The notes under the pieces are model-generated. The model was given only the letters and a program-made list of their open reading frames with translations. It was not told where the DNA came from and ran no database searches. The position numbers were made by a program, and so were the translations under genes. 43,060 nucleotides of DNA, taken from Candidatus Latescibacterota bacterium. Lineage in GTDB: Bacteria > Latescibacterota > UBA2968 > UBA8231. This document shows, piece by piece, positions 10,069 through 19,400 of the stretch. The stretch lies in assembly GCA_965205655.1 (NCBI GenBank), contig CBDBIJ010000045.1, positions 1 to 43,060 of the forward strand. The letters run 5' to 3'. Positions within the stretch are counted from its first letter, which is position 1. Every line of letters starts with the position of its first letter.

Positions 10069-11381
10069 CTACAGCGCACAGGTGCGAAAACCGGTGAGAA
10101 CGTCGCGGCGGTCGGGAGTCTGGAAGTTGCGGTAGTTGGCCCGAATGAGCCGGGAACGGGTGACCCAGCATCCCCCGAGCATCACCTTGCGAGTGCCGAA
10201 CCAGGGCTCGGAATAATCTTTGTACGGATCGGCGACGAATCCCGGAAAGGGAAGAAAGTCCGAGCTCGTCCACTCCCAGACGTTGCCGATCATCTGGCGG
10301 CAGCCCCAGGGGCTGTCCCCAGCCGGCAGGTCCCCGACATCCGTTGTGCCCATTTCGCGCCAATCCAAATTTGCCAGCTCGGGTGTGGGCGGGGCATCTC
10401 CCCAGGGGAATCGCCGCCTCTCTTTCGACAGTCCGCCGTTGGGCGCCGGCTCCGCCGTCGCCGCAGCCACCCATTCGGCCTCGGTGGGCAACCGACGTCC
10501 CGCCCAACGGCAGTAGGCGTCAGCCTCGTACCAGTTTACGTGGATGACGGCCTTGTGCGGTTCGAGATCGACCCACTCATCAAAGTGGCGCCGCTGCCAG
10601 GTGCCGCCTACGCGGCGCCAGTGGACATGGTGCTCGGCTTTCTGCTCCTGCCGCCACTGCCAACCCTCGTCGACCCAATATTTCTTTTCGGTGTAGCCGC
10701 CGGCATCGGTAAAGTCGGCATATTCGGATTGGGTGAGGGCGGCGCGGGAAATTCTGAAGAGCTCTAGCTCGACGGGATGGACCCATTTCTCGTTGTCGAA
10801 GACGAAGGCCTCGTCCCGGCCCGAGCCCAGCATGAAGCTGCCTCCGGAATCTCGATGTCTCCCGGCAGTGGACCGCCTCCCGACGTATGCCACGGCGGCG
10901 CCATCTCGGAAAACCGCGGCGGCGGAAAGCCGTGGGTCTGGCGGGTGTAGGTAAAGGCTTCTGTATGCATGTCCTCGTGGAGGGTGCTGTAGAGGGCGTG
11001 ATAGCGCAGCTCGTCGCTGGGATCCTCTTCCAGAAGGGCGAGAACCCGGTCGCGGACCTCCCGCATGTAGTCGAGGGTCGCCTCCCGCGTGGGAAGCGGC
11101 AGATCCCAGCGCCTGTCATGAGCGATTTCCATGGAGTCGTAGAGCTCATCCTCGCGGTCGACGACGGGCGCCTGACGGCCGGCGTGGCGCAGGGCCCACC
11201 TCGACTGGAACCAGGCGTGGTGGCCCATCTCCCAGAGTCCCGGATTCACCACGGAAAGCTGAGGCCCCATCAACTGTTCATCGGACAGGTCACCGACGAG
11301 GTCGAAGGTGCGCTGGCGCGCGTCCTTCACCCACTCGATGAGCTGGGAATCTGAAGCGACACGACCGATGTCGCCGTCCAT
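10069..11381 (-). CDS. senA: Selenoneine synthase SenA (EgtB homolog; DinB + FGE-sulfatase domains); indel at ~10845
   Basis: Iron triad in [10 protein letters not shown] and [51 protein letters not shown]...GFRTC. Flanked by senB and selD. Confidence 0.85.
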
Positions 11382-11472
11382 GAAATTACTCCGGAGCTGG
11401 CGTACGCAAAGATGGGGGTTCCATTTAAACGCATATTATCATAGGTTTGCGCGCTCAAATCCAGAGGGTGAT
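11382..11472. promoter_or_regulatory. Divergent promoter region between senA and selD
   Basis: 91-bp AT-richer spacer (TTTAAACGCATATTATCATAG) between oppositely oriented starts; each start has a plausible RBS. Confidence 0.45.
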
Positions 11473-12530
11473 ATGGCGATCTTCTCAAAAGAAAAAACGC
11501 TGACGAATCTGGCCAAGACCTGCGGCTGAGCGGCGAAGGTGAGTCCGGTCGGACTCGGCAGACTGCTGGCGGGGTTGCCCAAGAACGTCGACCCGAATCT
11601 CCTCGTCGGATACGAGACGAGCGACGACGCCGGAGTGTATCGTCTCGACGGTGAGACCGCCCTCATCACGACGGCCGATATCATAACGCCACCGGTCGAC
11701 GATCCGTTCGTGTTCGGGCAGATCGGGGCGGCGAACTCCCTGAGTGACATTTTCGCCATGGGCGGCAGACCGCTCACGTGTCTGAATCTGATCGGGTTTC
11801 CGACGAAAGCGCTGGGACAGGAGGTGCTCGAGGGGATCGTCGAGGGGGCGCTGAGCAAGATAACGGAGGCGGGCGCCGTGCTCGCGGGGGGACACACGAC
11901 CGATGACGAAGAGCCCAAAATTTGGCCTCGCGGTCACCGGCATCGTTCATCCGGAGAAGCTGTGGCGCAATACTGGCGCGAAACCCGGAGATGTCATCAT
12001 CCTGACGAAGCCGATCGGCAGCGGCGTACTGTTCAACGCCAACTTGAAGAATCTGGTTTCCGAGGCCGCCATGGACGCCTGCATCGCGACCATCTCGACT
12101 TTGAACAAAGCAGCTTCCGAAGTGCTACAGCGCTACACCGTGCACGCGGGCGACGGACGTGACGGGTTTTGGCCTCGCCGGGCATGCGCTGGAAATGGCG
12201 CAGGGTTCGGCGGTGACGATCGAGTTTGACGTCGACGAAATTCTCGTTCTCGACGAGGCTCTGCAGCACTACGACAACGGTGTCACCACCGGGTCAAACC
12301 AGAACAACCGCGCCCTCATCGAGAATTCAGCCCGCTTCGACAGGTCGCTGCCCAGTAAGCAGAGTGAAATCTTCGTCGATCCTCAGACCAGTGGCGGTTT
12401 GCTTGTAGCCATGCCGGAGGATGAGGGTCGGCAGGCCCTGCCGGCCCTGCACAATGCGGGCATCGATACGGCTCGCATCATCGGCAATGTGATTTCTATC
12501 CAGCGATCAGACCATCTCGTTTTCAAGTGA
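11473..12530 (+). CDS. selD: Selenide, water dikinase SelD/SenC, selenocysteine-containing; two indels (~11920, ~12149)
   Basis: MAIFSKEKTLTNLAKTCG-UGA-AAKVSP..., LVGYETSDDAGVY, TADIITPPVDDPFVFGQIGAANSLSDIFAMGG, GGHT, EPK/FGLAVTG, LTKPIGSG, TDVTGFGLAGH, DPQTSGGLL. Confidence 0.95.
11527..11557 (+). promoter_or_regulatory. Sec codon (TGA 11527-11529) and bacterial SECIS-like hairpin
   Basis: Stem GAGTCC (11541-11546) / GGACTC (11551-11556) with loop GGTC; 17 nt lie between the UGA and the G-starting apical loop. Confidence 0.75.
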
Positions 12531-12537
12531 GGACCTC

Positions 12538-13398
12538 CTGAAAATTTTCATCGCCACTGCCCTTGTGTTGAACTATTCAATCTCAATCGGCTTCGCCGTT
12601 GAGACGTTTCGGTTCACGGCCATACCAGATCAGAACACGGCCCGCCTGACGGAGCGGTTCGACAAGATCGCCGAATACCTTTCGGGTGAACTCGGAGTGT
12701 CTGTCGAGTACATCCCGGTGAAGTCATACGCCGCATCTGTTGCCGCCTTCAAGAACAACGAAGTGCAGCTGGCGTGGTTCGGAGGGCTCTCGGGGGTTAA
12801 GGCGCGACGCGCAGTGCCGGGTTCGCAGGCGCTAGCGCAGGGGGAAGAAGACCTTCAGTTCGTCACCTACTTCATCGCCAACACGAGTACGGGCCTCAAG
12901 GCGTCGGAAGAATTCCCTGACGGTATTGCCGGCCGCACGTTCATCTTCGGATCCAAAGGCTCGACCTCGGGCCGACTCATGCCGGAGTACTTCATCCGTC
13001 AGCACTACAAAAAATCACCGGATGATGTGTTCAACCGTGTCGGCTTCAGCGGCGACCATTCCAAGACCCTGGCGCTGGTGCAGTCGGGCGCCTACGAAGT
13101 GGGCGCTTTGAATTTCAAGGTCTGGGACAACGAATTGAAAGAGGGTAAGGTAGATAGCGCGAAGGTGCGGGTTATATGGAAGACGCCACCATACCCGGAC
13201 TACAACTGGTCGATTCGCGGTGACGCGGAGACACGCTACGGCAAGGGATTCGTGAAAAAGGTCCAGGACGCCTTGTTGTCTCTGGATGACCCAGACCTAC
13301 TGAGCCGGTTTCCACGCTCAAACTTCATCGCCGCCGACAACTCCATCTACGGTCCGATCCTCGAAACCGGGACCGCGATCGGCATTTTCGAGCAGTAG
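12538..13398 (+). CDS. Putative selenium-associated (selenate-type) ABC transporter substrate-binding protein, PhnD-like
   Basis: FRFTAIPDQN, YAASVAAFKNNEVQLAWFGGLSGVKAR, FGSKGSTSGRLMP, FSGDHSKT, IWKTPPYPDYNW. The signal peptide extends upstream to CTG 12538. Confidence 0.85.
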   Translation: MKIFIATALVLNYSISIGFAVETFRFTAIPDQNTARLTERFDKIAEYLSGELGVSVEYIPVKSYAASVAAFKNNEVQLAWFGGLSGVKARRAVPGSQALAQGEEDLQFVTYFIANTSTGLKASEEFPDGIAGRTFIFGSKGSTSGRLMPEYFIRQHYKKSPDDVFNRVGFSGDHSKTLALVQSGAYEVGALNFKVWDNELKEGKVDSAKVRVIWKTPPYPDYNWSIRGDAETRYGKGFVKKVQDALLSLDDPDLLSRFPRSNFIAADNSIYGPILETGTAIGIFEQ

Positions 13399-13437
13399 GA
13401 CGAAAGTTGCGGCTAACCAGCTGAGATCCCGAGACCA

Positions 13438-14100
13438 ATGTACGACCTCGATAACCTGAGCGTCGCCTACGAAGACGCGCCCGTCCTCAGGGACATCTGT
13501 CTCCAGATCAAACCTGGTGAGAAGGTCGTCATCATTGGACGCAGCGGTGTCGGAAAATCGACTCTGCTGAAAAAGCTGTATGAGCTGCGACAGCAGGAGT
13601 CAGCCCTCATACACCAGGATTACGCCCTGGTGCCCCAGCTTTCGGCTTTCCACAATGTCTTCACGGGACGCCTCGACGAGCATCCGACGACTCACAACTT
13701 GCTCAATCTGCTCAGACCGCAGAAAGGGGAGATCGATCGAATCAGGCCGATCTTTCAGGCTCTGGGTATGGAGGAAAAGATGTTCGAGCGGGTGAGCAAC
13801 CTCTCGGGCGGCCAGCAGCAACGGGTTGCCGTGGGCAGAGCGGTCTATCGAGGCTGTCCCATCATTCTCGGCGACGAGCCCGTATCCTCCATCGATCCGC
13901 ACCAGGCCGGGACAGTGCTGCAGCTCATCCTACAGAGCGCCCCGACAGTGGTTCTGGCGATGCACGACGTGCAGCTCGCACTCGAGCATTTTCCCCGCAT
14001 CGTCGGTCTGAAGGATACGAAGGTCTGCTTCGATCTGCCGGCATCGGAGGTGGACGAGGGCACGCTGGCCGACCTCTATCGAGGAGAGACTCCGCGCTAA
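13438..14100 (+). CDS. ABC transporter ATP-binding protein (PhnC-like)
   Basis: Walker A GRSGVGKS, signature LSGGQQQRVA, Walker B ILGDEP, H-loop MHD. Confidence 0.92.
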   Translation: MYDLDNLSVAYEDAPVLRDICLQIKPGEKVVIIGRSGVGKSTLLKKLYELRQQESALIHQDYALVPQLSAFHNVFTGRLDEHPTTHNLLNLLRPQKGEIDRIRPIFQALGMEEKMFERVSNLSGGQQQRVAVGRAVYRGCPIILGDEPVSSIDPHQAGTVLQLILQSAPTVVLAMHDVQLALEHFPRIVGLKDTKVCFDLPASEVDEGTLADLYRGETPR

Positions 14101-14126
14101 TCGCATCAGTCCGGATTCACTGAGAG

Positions 14127-15626
14127 ATGTTCCGCACCAGTTTGTATTTCCTGTTGGTGGCGCTTGTCTGTCTCGGACTCGCAGACATTGAAGTCACGAC
14201 TCTCGATCCGTGGCAGGAGATGCGCAGGATCGCCATCGGTTTTCTGACGCCGGATCTGCCGGTCCTCTACACGTTCAGAGATGCGCTGCTCAACACGGTC
14301 ACATTCGCATTCTGCGGTCTCAGTCTCGGGGTGCTATTCGGCTCTGCGCTCGCATTCTTCCTTCACCTGGCTCCAGTGCGCCTGTTCTGCGCCTTCATCC
14401 GGGCTATTCACGAGATCTTTTGGGCATTTCTTTTCTTGCCCATCGTCGGCCTCAATCCAATGTGCGGCGTCCTCGCTATCGCCATTCCGTATGCCGGTGT
14501 CTTCGGCAAGGTATATGCCGAAATCATGCAGGAGGCAGACCAGACACCGCTGAGGGGCATACCAACCGGCGCAGGCAGCATCAGCAAGTTCTGTTTCGGC
14601 GTTCTCCCGGTCATCTACAGCGATCTCAAGAACTACACGTCCTACCGTTTCGAATGCGCCCTGCGCTCCAGCGCTATCCTTGGGTTTATCGGTCTGCCGA
14701 CGCTGGGGTTTCATCTCGAGACGGCGTTCAGGGAGGGGCTCTATTCGGAAGCGCCAGCATTGCTATACGCCTTCTACCTCCTCATCGCCTCATTGCGCCT
14801 GTGGTTGAAGCCCAAGCTGGTCATCGCGTACGTAGTGGCTTCCTTCGCACTCATTTCGACGGAAATCACCGTGCAATGGACGAACATCACGCGATTCCTG
14901 ACGTACGAGATTATGCCGTGGCCGATGCGGCGCGAAGGATTTCTCGATGGCACTGGCGAGATTTCTTTCCCCGTCTCCGCGGTGTGGCGTTGGGCGGTGA
15001 GTATCGTCGAGTCGGAGGCGCTGCTGGGGGTGTGGAATACGGTCGTGCTGACCCAGGTCGTCCTCGTGGGAACTGGCGTGTTCACACTTGTCTTCTTCGG
15101 CACGATCTCCCATCACTTCGTAAAGGCGCGGGGATCGCGAGCGCTGTCGCACTACCTCCTCATCGTCATGCGGACGACGCCGGAGTACATCATGGCCTAC
15201 GCCATGCTGCAGCTGTGGGGACCATCGATGTTGCCGGCCGTCGTTGCGATCATCCTCCACAACGGCGCCATCCTCTCCTATCTCACGGGCCAGAACGCCA
15301 ACCTCGTGGAACTGCGGATTGACTCGGCGCGCAGGAAGGCGAATCGATATTTCTTCGAGGTCCTGCCGAGGGTGTACGGGCAGTTTCTGGCGTTCCTGTT
15401 CTATCGCTGGGAAGTGATGATGCGAGAGTCGGCAATCCTCGGTATCTTGGGCATCTACACGATCGGGTTCTTCATCGACAGCGCGATTTCGGATGACAAA
15501 CTCGACAAGGCGGTTTTTCTGATCCTGATCACGGCTGTGCTCAACATGGGAATCGACTCGATTTCCCAGATCATTCGCAGGCGTCTGCGGATTACCACAG
15601 GCGCCGTCTTTACATACCAACAGTGA
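14127..15626 (+). CDS. ABC transporter permease with duplicated PhnE-like domains
   Basis: Two repeats: RAIHEIFW...YRFECALRSSAILGFIG and RTTPEYI...YRWEVMMRESAILGILG. Confidence 0.9.
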   Translation: MFRTSLYFLLVALVCLGLADIEVTTLDPWQEMRRIAIGFLTPDLPVLYTFRDALLNTVTFAFCGLSLGVLFGSALAFFLHLAPVRLFCAFIRAIHEIFWAFLFLPIVGLNPMCGVLAIAIPYAGVFGKVYAEIMQEADQTPLRGIPTGAGSISKFCFGVLPVIYSDLKNYTSYRFECALRSSAILGFIGLPTLGFHLETAFREGLYSEAPALLYAFYLLIASLRLWLKPKLVIAYVVASFALISTEITVQWTNITRFLTYEIMPWPMRREGFLDGTGEISFPVSAVWRWAVSIVESEALLGVWNTVVLTQVVLVGTGVFTLVFFGTISHHFVKARGSRALSHYLLIVMRTTPEYIMAYAMLQLWGPSMLPAVVAIILHNGAILSYLTGQNANLVELRIDSARRKANRYFFEVLPRVYGQFLAFLFYRWEVMMRESAILGILGIYTIGFFIDSAISDDKLDKAVFLILITAVLNMGIDSISQIIRRRLRITTGAVFTYQQ

Positions 15627-15692
15627 CGCTTGGCCGCACGCTGGATCTTGAGGCGTACAAATCACGGAGGACGTATGAACAAGCTTCCAGAT

Positions 15693-16809
15693 TCACCCAC
15701 CCCACACCATCTCAGCCACCTCCACGACGAGCTGCAGGTTTTGCTTTCTGGTCGGCGAGAGTCAGTCTATTTCCAGCGATGGAACTGGCGAAGCCGCATT
15801 GAGGGCTGATGGCGAGCTGCTCTTGCGGAAAATAGCGTCCAGCTTCCCCGATACGGTCGACGAGGTCTGTCGCGGATTCGAGTCTGCCGGTCTTCGTCGT
15901 AATCAGTCCCAACACAACGATCCTGTCATCGGGCACGTGGGCGAGCGGCGCGAAGGTTCCCGAGCGGGCATCGTCGTATTCCAGGAGAAGCCGGTGCACC
16001 CGCACGCGCTGGAAGATCTGGCGGGCGATGTTGTCGTAGCCACCCTCCACGAGCCATCGGCTCTCCTGATTGCCGCGACACAAATGCATAGCGAAGGTGA
16101 TTTCCGAGGTGAAGTCGCCGATGACGGCGTTGTCGAGCTCGATGCCGGACGAGAGCCAGCGATCGATGCTCCAGCCGCGGGATTCGTAGAACGACCGGGC
16201 GGCGGGATCGAGGAGGAGAGGGTAGTGCGGGGCATCGAGCTGGATGTAGGTGGCGCCGAGGCGCACGAGCTCGGCCACTTCTTCCTTGAGGATCTGCGCG
16301 ACGTCGGCGAGGAATGAATCGAGAGTGGGGTAGACGTGTGACGAACGTTCGGCGGACCAGAAGTTGGCGAACAGACTCGGGCTGGGCAGGCTGACTTTTG
16401 GGACGCGGCTCGTCCTGCGGGCAAGGTAGCTGAACTCATCGGCGCAGAGATAGCGGCGACGGGTGAGCTTGTCGATTGCGCCAAGTGTGACAGGGCGGTC
16501 GAGGCTCTTGCTGCCTACGTCTTCGTCGCCGTGCCAGTGGCCCCACAGAAAGGCGTCGATACCGAAGTCGCCGAAACCATCGACAGCTTCGGGCAGCTGG
16601 CTCTGAAACGAGAGGCGGCGCATCTCACCGTCGGTAACGACTTCGAGGCCCGCTTCTTCCTGCAGAGACACCGCTTCGTCGACGGCGCGATTCTCGATCT
16701 GCTTAAAACCCGCTTCAGAAAGGTCACCCGAGTCATGCTGCTGACGCGCGGTGCGCAGCCAATCCGGCCGCAGCAGACTGCCGACGACATCGGTGTGCGA
16801 GGTGATCAC
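15693..16809 (-). CDS. Cobalamin-independent methionine synthase II family (core MetE-like, single Zn barrel); one extra base near 15738
   Basis: VVGSLLRP, VVTDGEMRR, YIQLDAP; Zn ligands in HLCRGN, LEYD and SPQCGFAS. GTG 16809 overlaps the egtD stop. Removing one base restores the ending KLQLVVEVAEMVWGG*. Confidence 0.88.
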
Positions 16810-17819
16810 GGCGGTGCGAATACATTGACACTGAACAGCCGATCGGCGTCGAACCATTGGTGCTCGAGGACAAACTCCGACTGCACCGCCAGCTGCTCGA
16901 TTTCCTGCTGCGAGTACTTGTAGCAGTTCTCGGTGTGGATGGTTTCGCCGGCGGCGAAACCGACGATCAGATCCAACTCATCGATCGCGACCTCCTGTGA
17001 CCCCTCACTGACCAGGTGCATCTCGACTCGGCCGAGCTCGTCGTCGTAGCGCGCGAGATGGCGAAAGGCGACGAGGTCGAAATGGCCGCCAAGGTCGCGG
17101 TTGATGCGCTCGAGGATGTTCTTGTTGAACTGCGCCGTGACGCCCTGGCTGTCGTCGTAGGCCGCTTCGAGGGTGAGGCCATCCTTCCGCATGTCGATGC
17201 CGGCGAGGAAGCGATCACCCTGCGTCATCGCCTGGCGAACTTCGGCGAAAAATTCGACTGCCCGGGAGCGATCGAAGTTGCCGACATTGGAACCTAGCCA
17301 CAGGATGAGCCGCTGTCCGTCTTCGTGCTGCCGAAGATAGGCCAATCCGTCGTCGTACTCGCCGGCCACCGCCAGGATCTCGAGATCTTCGAAGTCCTCG
17401 ACGAGGGCAACCGCGCTTTGCTCCAGGGTGGTAAGAGAGATATCCACGGGAATGAAGCGGAGGCCGCCGTGATGCTCGATGAGGGCATCCATGATGAGTC
17501 GCGTCTTCACTGCGCTGCCGCTGCCGAGCTCGACGAGGGTGACCTCCTCGGGAAAGAGGGCGGCGATTTCGGTGGCCCTCTCGGCGAGGATGGCGCGCTC
17601 GGTCCGAGTGAGGTAGTACTCAGGCAGCGAGCAGATTTTCTCGAACAGCTCAGAGCCCTCGGCGTCGTAGAAGTAGCGGCAGGATAGATGCTTGGGATTC
17701 GAGGTGAGGCCGGAGCGGACGTCTGCGGCGAAATCGTCGGAATGCTGGCGATCGATGGCGGCGACCATCGTGAGTGCGTCGGACTCGACTCGAGTCGGCT
17801 GCCGTGAGAACTGAGTCAT
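16806..17819 (-). CDS. egtD: L-histidine N-alpha-trimethyltransferase (hercynine synthase)
   Basis: YFYDAEGSELFEKICSLPEYYLTRTE, VELGSGSAVKT, WLGSNVGNF, AYDDSQGVTAQFNKNIL, ETIHTENCYKY. Confidence 0.93.
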   Translation of the reverse strand: MTQFSRQPTRVESDALTMVAAIDRQHSDDFAADVRSGLTSNPKHLSCRYFYDAEGSELFEKICSLPEYYLTRTERAILAERATEIAALFPEEVTLVELGSGSAVKTRLIMDALIEHHGGLRFIPVDISLTTLEQSAVALVEDFEDLEILAVAGEYDDGLAYLRQHEDGQRLILWLGSNVGNFDRSRAVEFFAEVRQAMTQGDRFLAGIDMRKDGLTLEAAYDDSQGVTAQFNKNILERINRDLGGHFDLVAFRHLARYDDELGRVEMHLVSEGSQEVAIDELDLIVGFAAGETIHTENCYKYSQQEIEQLAVQSEFVLEHQWFDADRLFSVNVFAPP

Positions 17820-19400
17820 CAGTCGACGGGCTTCAGACGAAGCCCCTTCGGTACGAACACGCGCTCCGACAGTTCGAACAGGCCCTGGACGAGGAGTGCG
17901 AGGACAGCGGCAGGCACGGCCCCTTCAAGAATGAGACTCATATCATCCAGTCGCAGGCCGGTCATGATCGGCTGGCCATAGCCGCCGGCGCCGATGAGGC
18001 CGCCCAGCGCTGCGAAGCCGACGTTGATGACGGCGGCCGTTTTGATCCCGGCAAGTACCGAGCGCGACGCCATTGGCAGTTCCACGAGGCGCAGGCGCAC
18101 GCTCGACTTCAAGCCAAGGGCCTCGGCCGATTCGCGGATGTTGAGGGGAATATCGCACAAGCCAGTGTAGGTATTGCGCACGATCGGGAGCAGGCTGTAG
18201 AGAAAGAGGGCAGCGATGGCGGGTAGCGTGCCGATGGAGGCGAGGCCGACAAGACTGAAGAGAGCCATCATGAACGCGAGCAGGGCAAGAGCTGGAACGG
18301 TCTGGATAACTCCCGTTACACCGAGAATGGCCTGTCCCAGGCGCGGCAACTGGGGCGCCGAGGACGCCCAGGGGGACGGCGACGAGGACGGCGGCGCTCA
18401 GTGAGATGACCACAAGAACGAGGTGCTCAGCCGTGTACCGTAGCAGTCGATCGAAGATGGTTTCCTCTTCGACAATCGTCTCGAGCTCGAGGGCGGTTTC
18501 GAGAAAGTCAGCGGCGATTCTGGTTTCCGGCGCCTTTTCGATGAGCGCGCGCGCGTTCATGCGGATCATGGTGCCGTCGTCGATGAGGTCCTCGAGCTGC
18601 AGTATGGCGGAGACAACGCGGGGTGCGCGCTCTGCAAGGTCGGCGCGATACAGCAGGACCGCGTTGTAGACCGGAAAGTGTGACAGGTCGTCCTCCAGGA
18701 CACTGAGCGCGTACCGCTGGATTTCCGCGTCTGTGGAGTACAGATCCATGGCGTCGATGGCTCCCGACTGGAGACCCTTATAGGCCAGGACATGCTCAAT
18801 GCCGCGGACATCGTGATGGGGCAGACGATACGTGTCGCGGAGACTGGGCCAGCCGTCGCCGCGGTCCATGAACTCGTTGCTGAAGCCGAGGCTGAGCTCG
18901 GGATGTCGGCGCAGGTCGGAGATGGTACGAACGCCGAGCTGGACGGCCCTGCTTTCCAGCATACCGATCGCATAGGTGTTGTTGAAGCCGATGGACCGGC
19001 TCATGTGTAGTCCGTGCTCGGCAACAGCCTTGCGAATAGCCTTCTCACCCTGCACTCCCAGGCCTGCGAGAATCTCCTGGCTGATGGTGCCGGTGTACTC
19101 GGGATAGACGTCGAGCTCGCCGCTCAGGAGACCATTCCACAGAATACGCGTGCCGCCCAGCTGGCGTTGATGGACTGCCGTAGCGTCAGCGCTCCGCGCG
19201 AGATGAGAGATGAGCTCTCCGAGGATGACGGATTCAGTGAAGGTCTTGGAGCCGATTTTCACTTCGATCGCTTCGGGTGTAGGTGTAGCAGCTGACGGTG
19301 GGGCGCTGGCGGCGAGCACGCAAAGGCAGACAGTTACGAGGCCAGGGGATCGGCCTGGTGCCCTCAGTTCGGAGGCCGAAGAACGGACTGGCGGATTCAC
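17819..19400 (-). CDS. Glycine betaine/QAC-type ABC transporter, fused substrate-binding protein + permease (indel at ~18350)
   Basis: [53 protein letters not shown], then permease [34 protein letters not shown]. Overlaps both neighbours. Confidence 0.88.

Noticed and set aside
10069..11381. Ergothioneine sulfoxide synthase egtB
   Set aside because: Adjacent senB-type glycosyltransferase and selD, with no egtC/egtE, favour SenA. Not fully excluded without a phylogeny.
11527..11529. Nonsense mutation making selD a pseudogene
   Set aside because: The TGA sits exactly at the catalytic Cys/Sec position and is followed by a SECIS-like hairpin.
9330..12150. Programmed ribosomal frameshifting in senB, senA or selD
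   Set aside because: Indels of both signs occur throughout unrelated genes and lack consistent slippery-site signals; sequencing error is more parsimonious.
12538..15626. Phosphonate transporter phnCDE
   Set aside because: The fold is related, but no phn catabolic genes are present and the operon begins with selD; gene symbols withheld.
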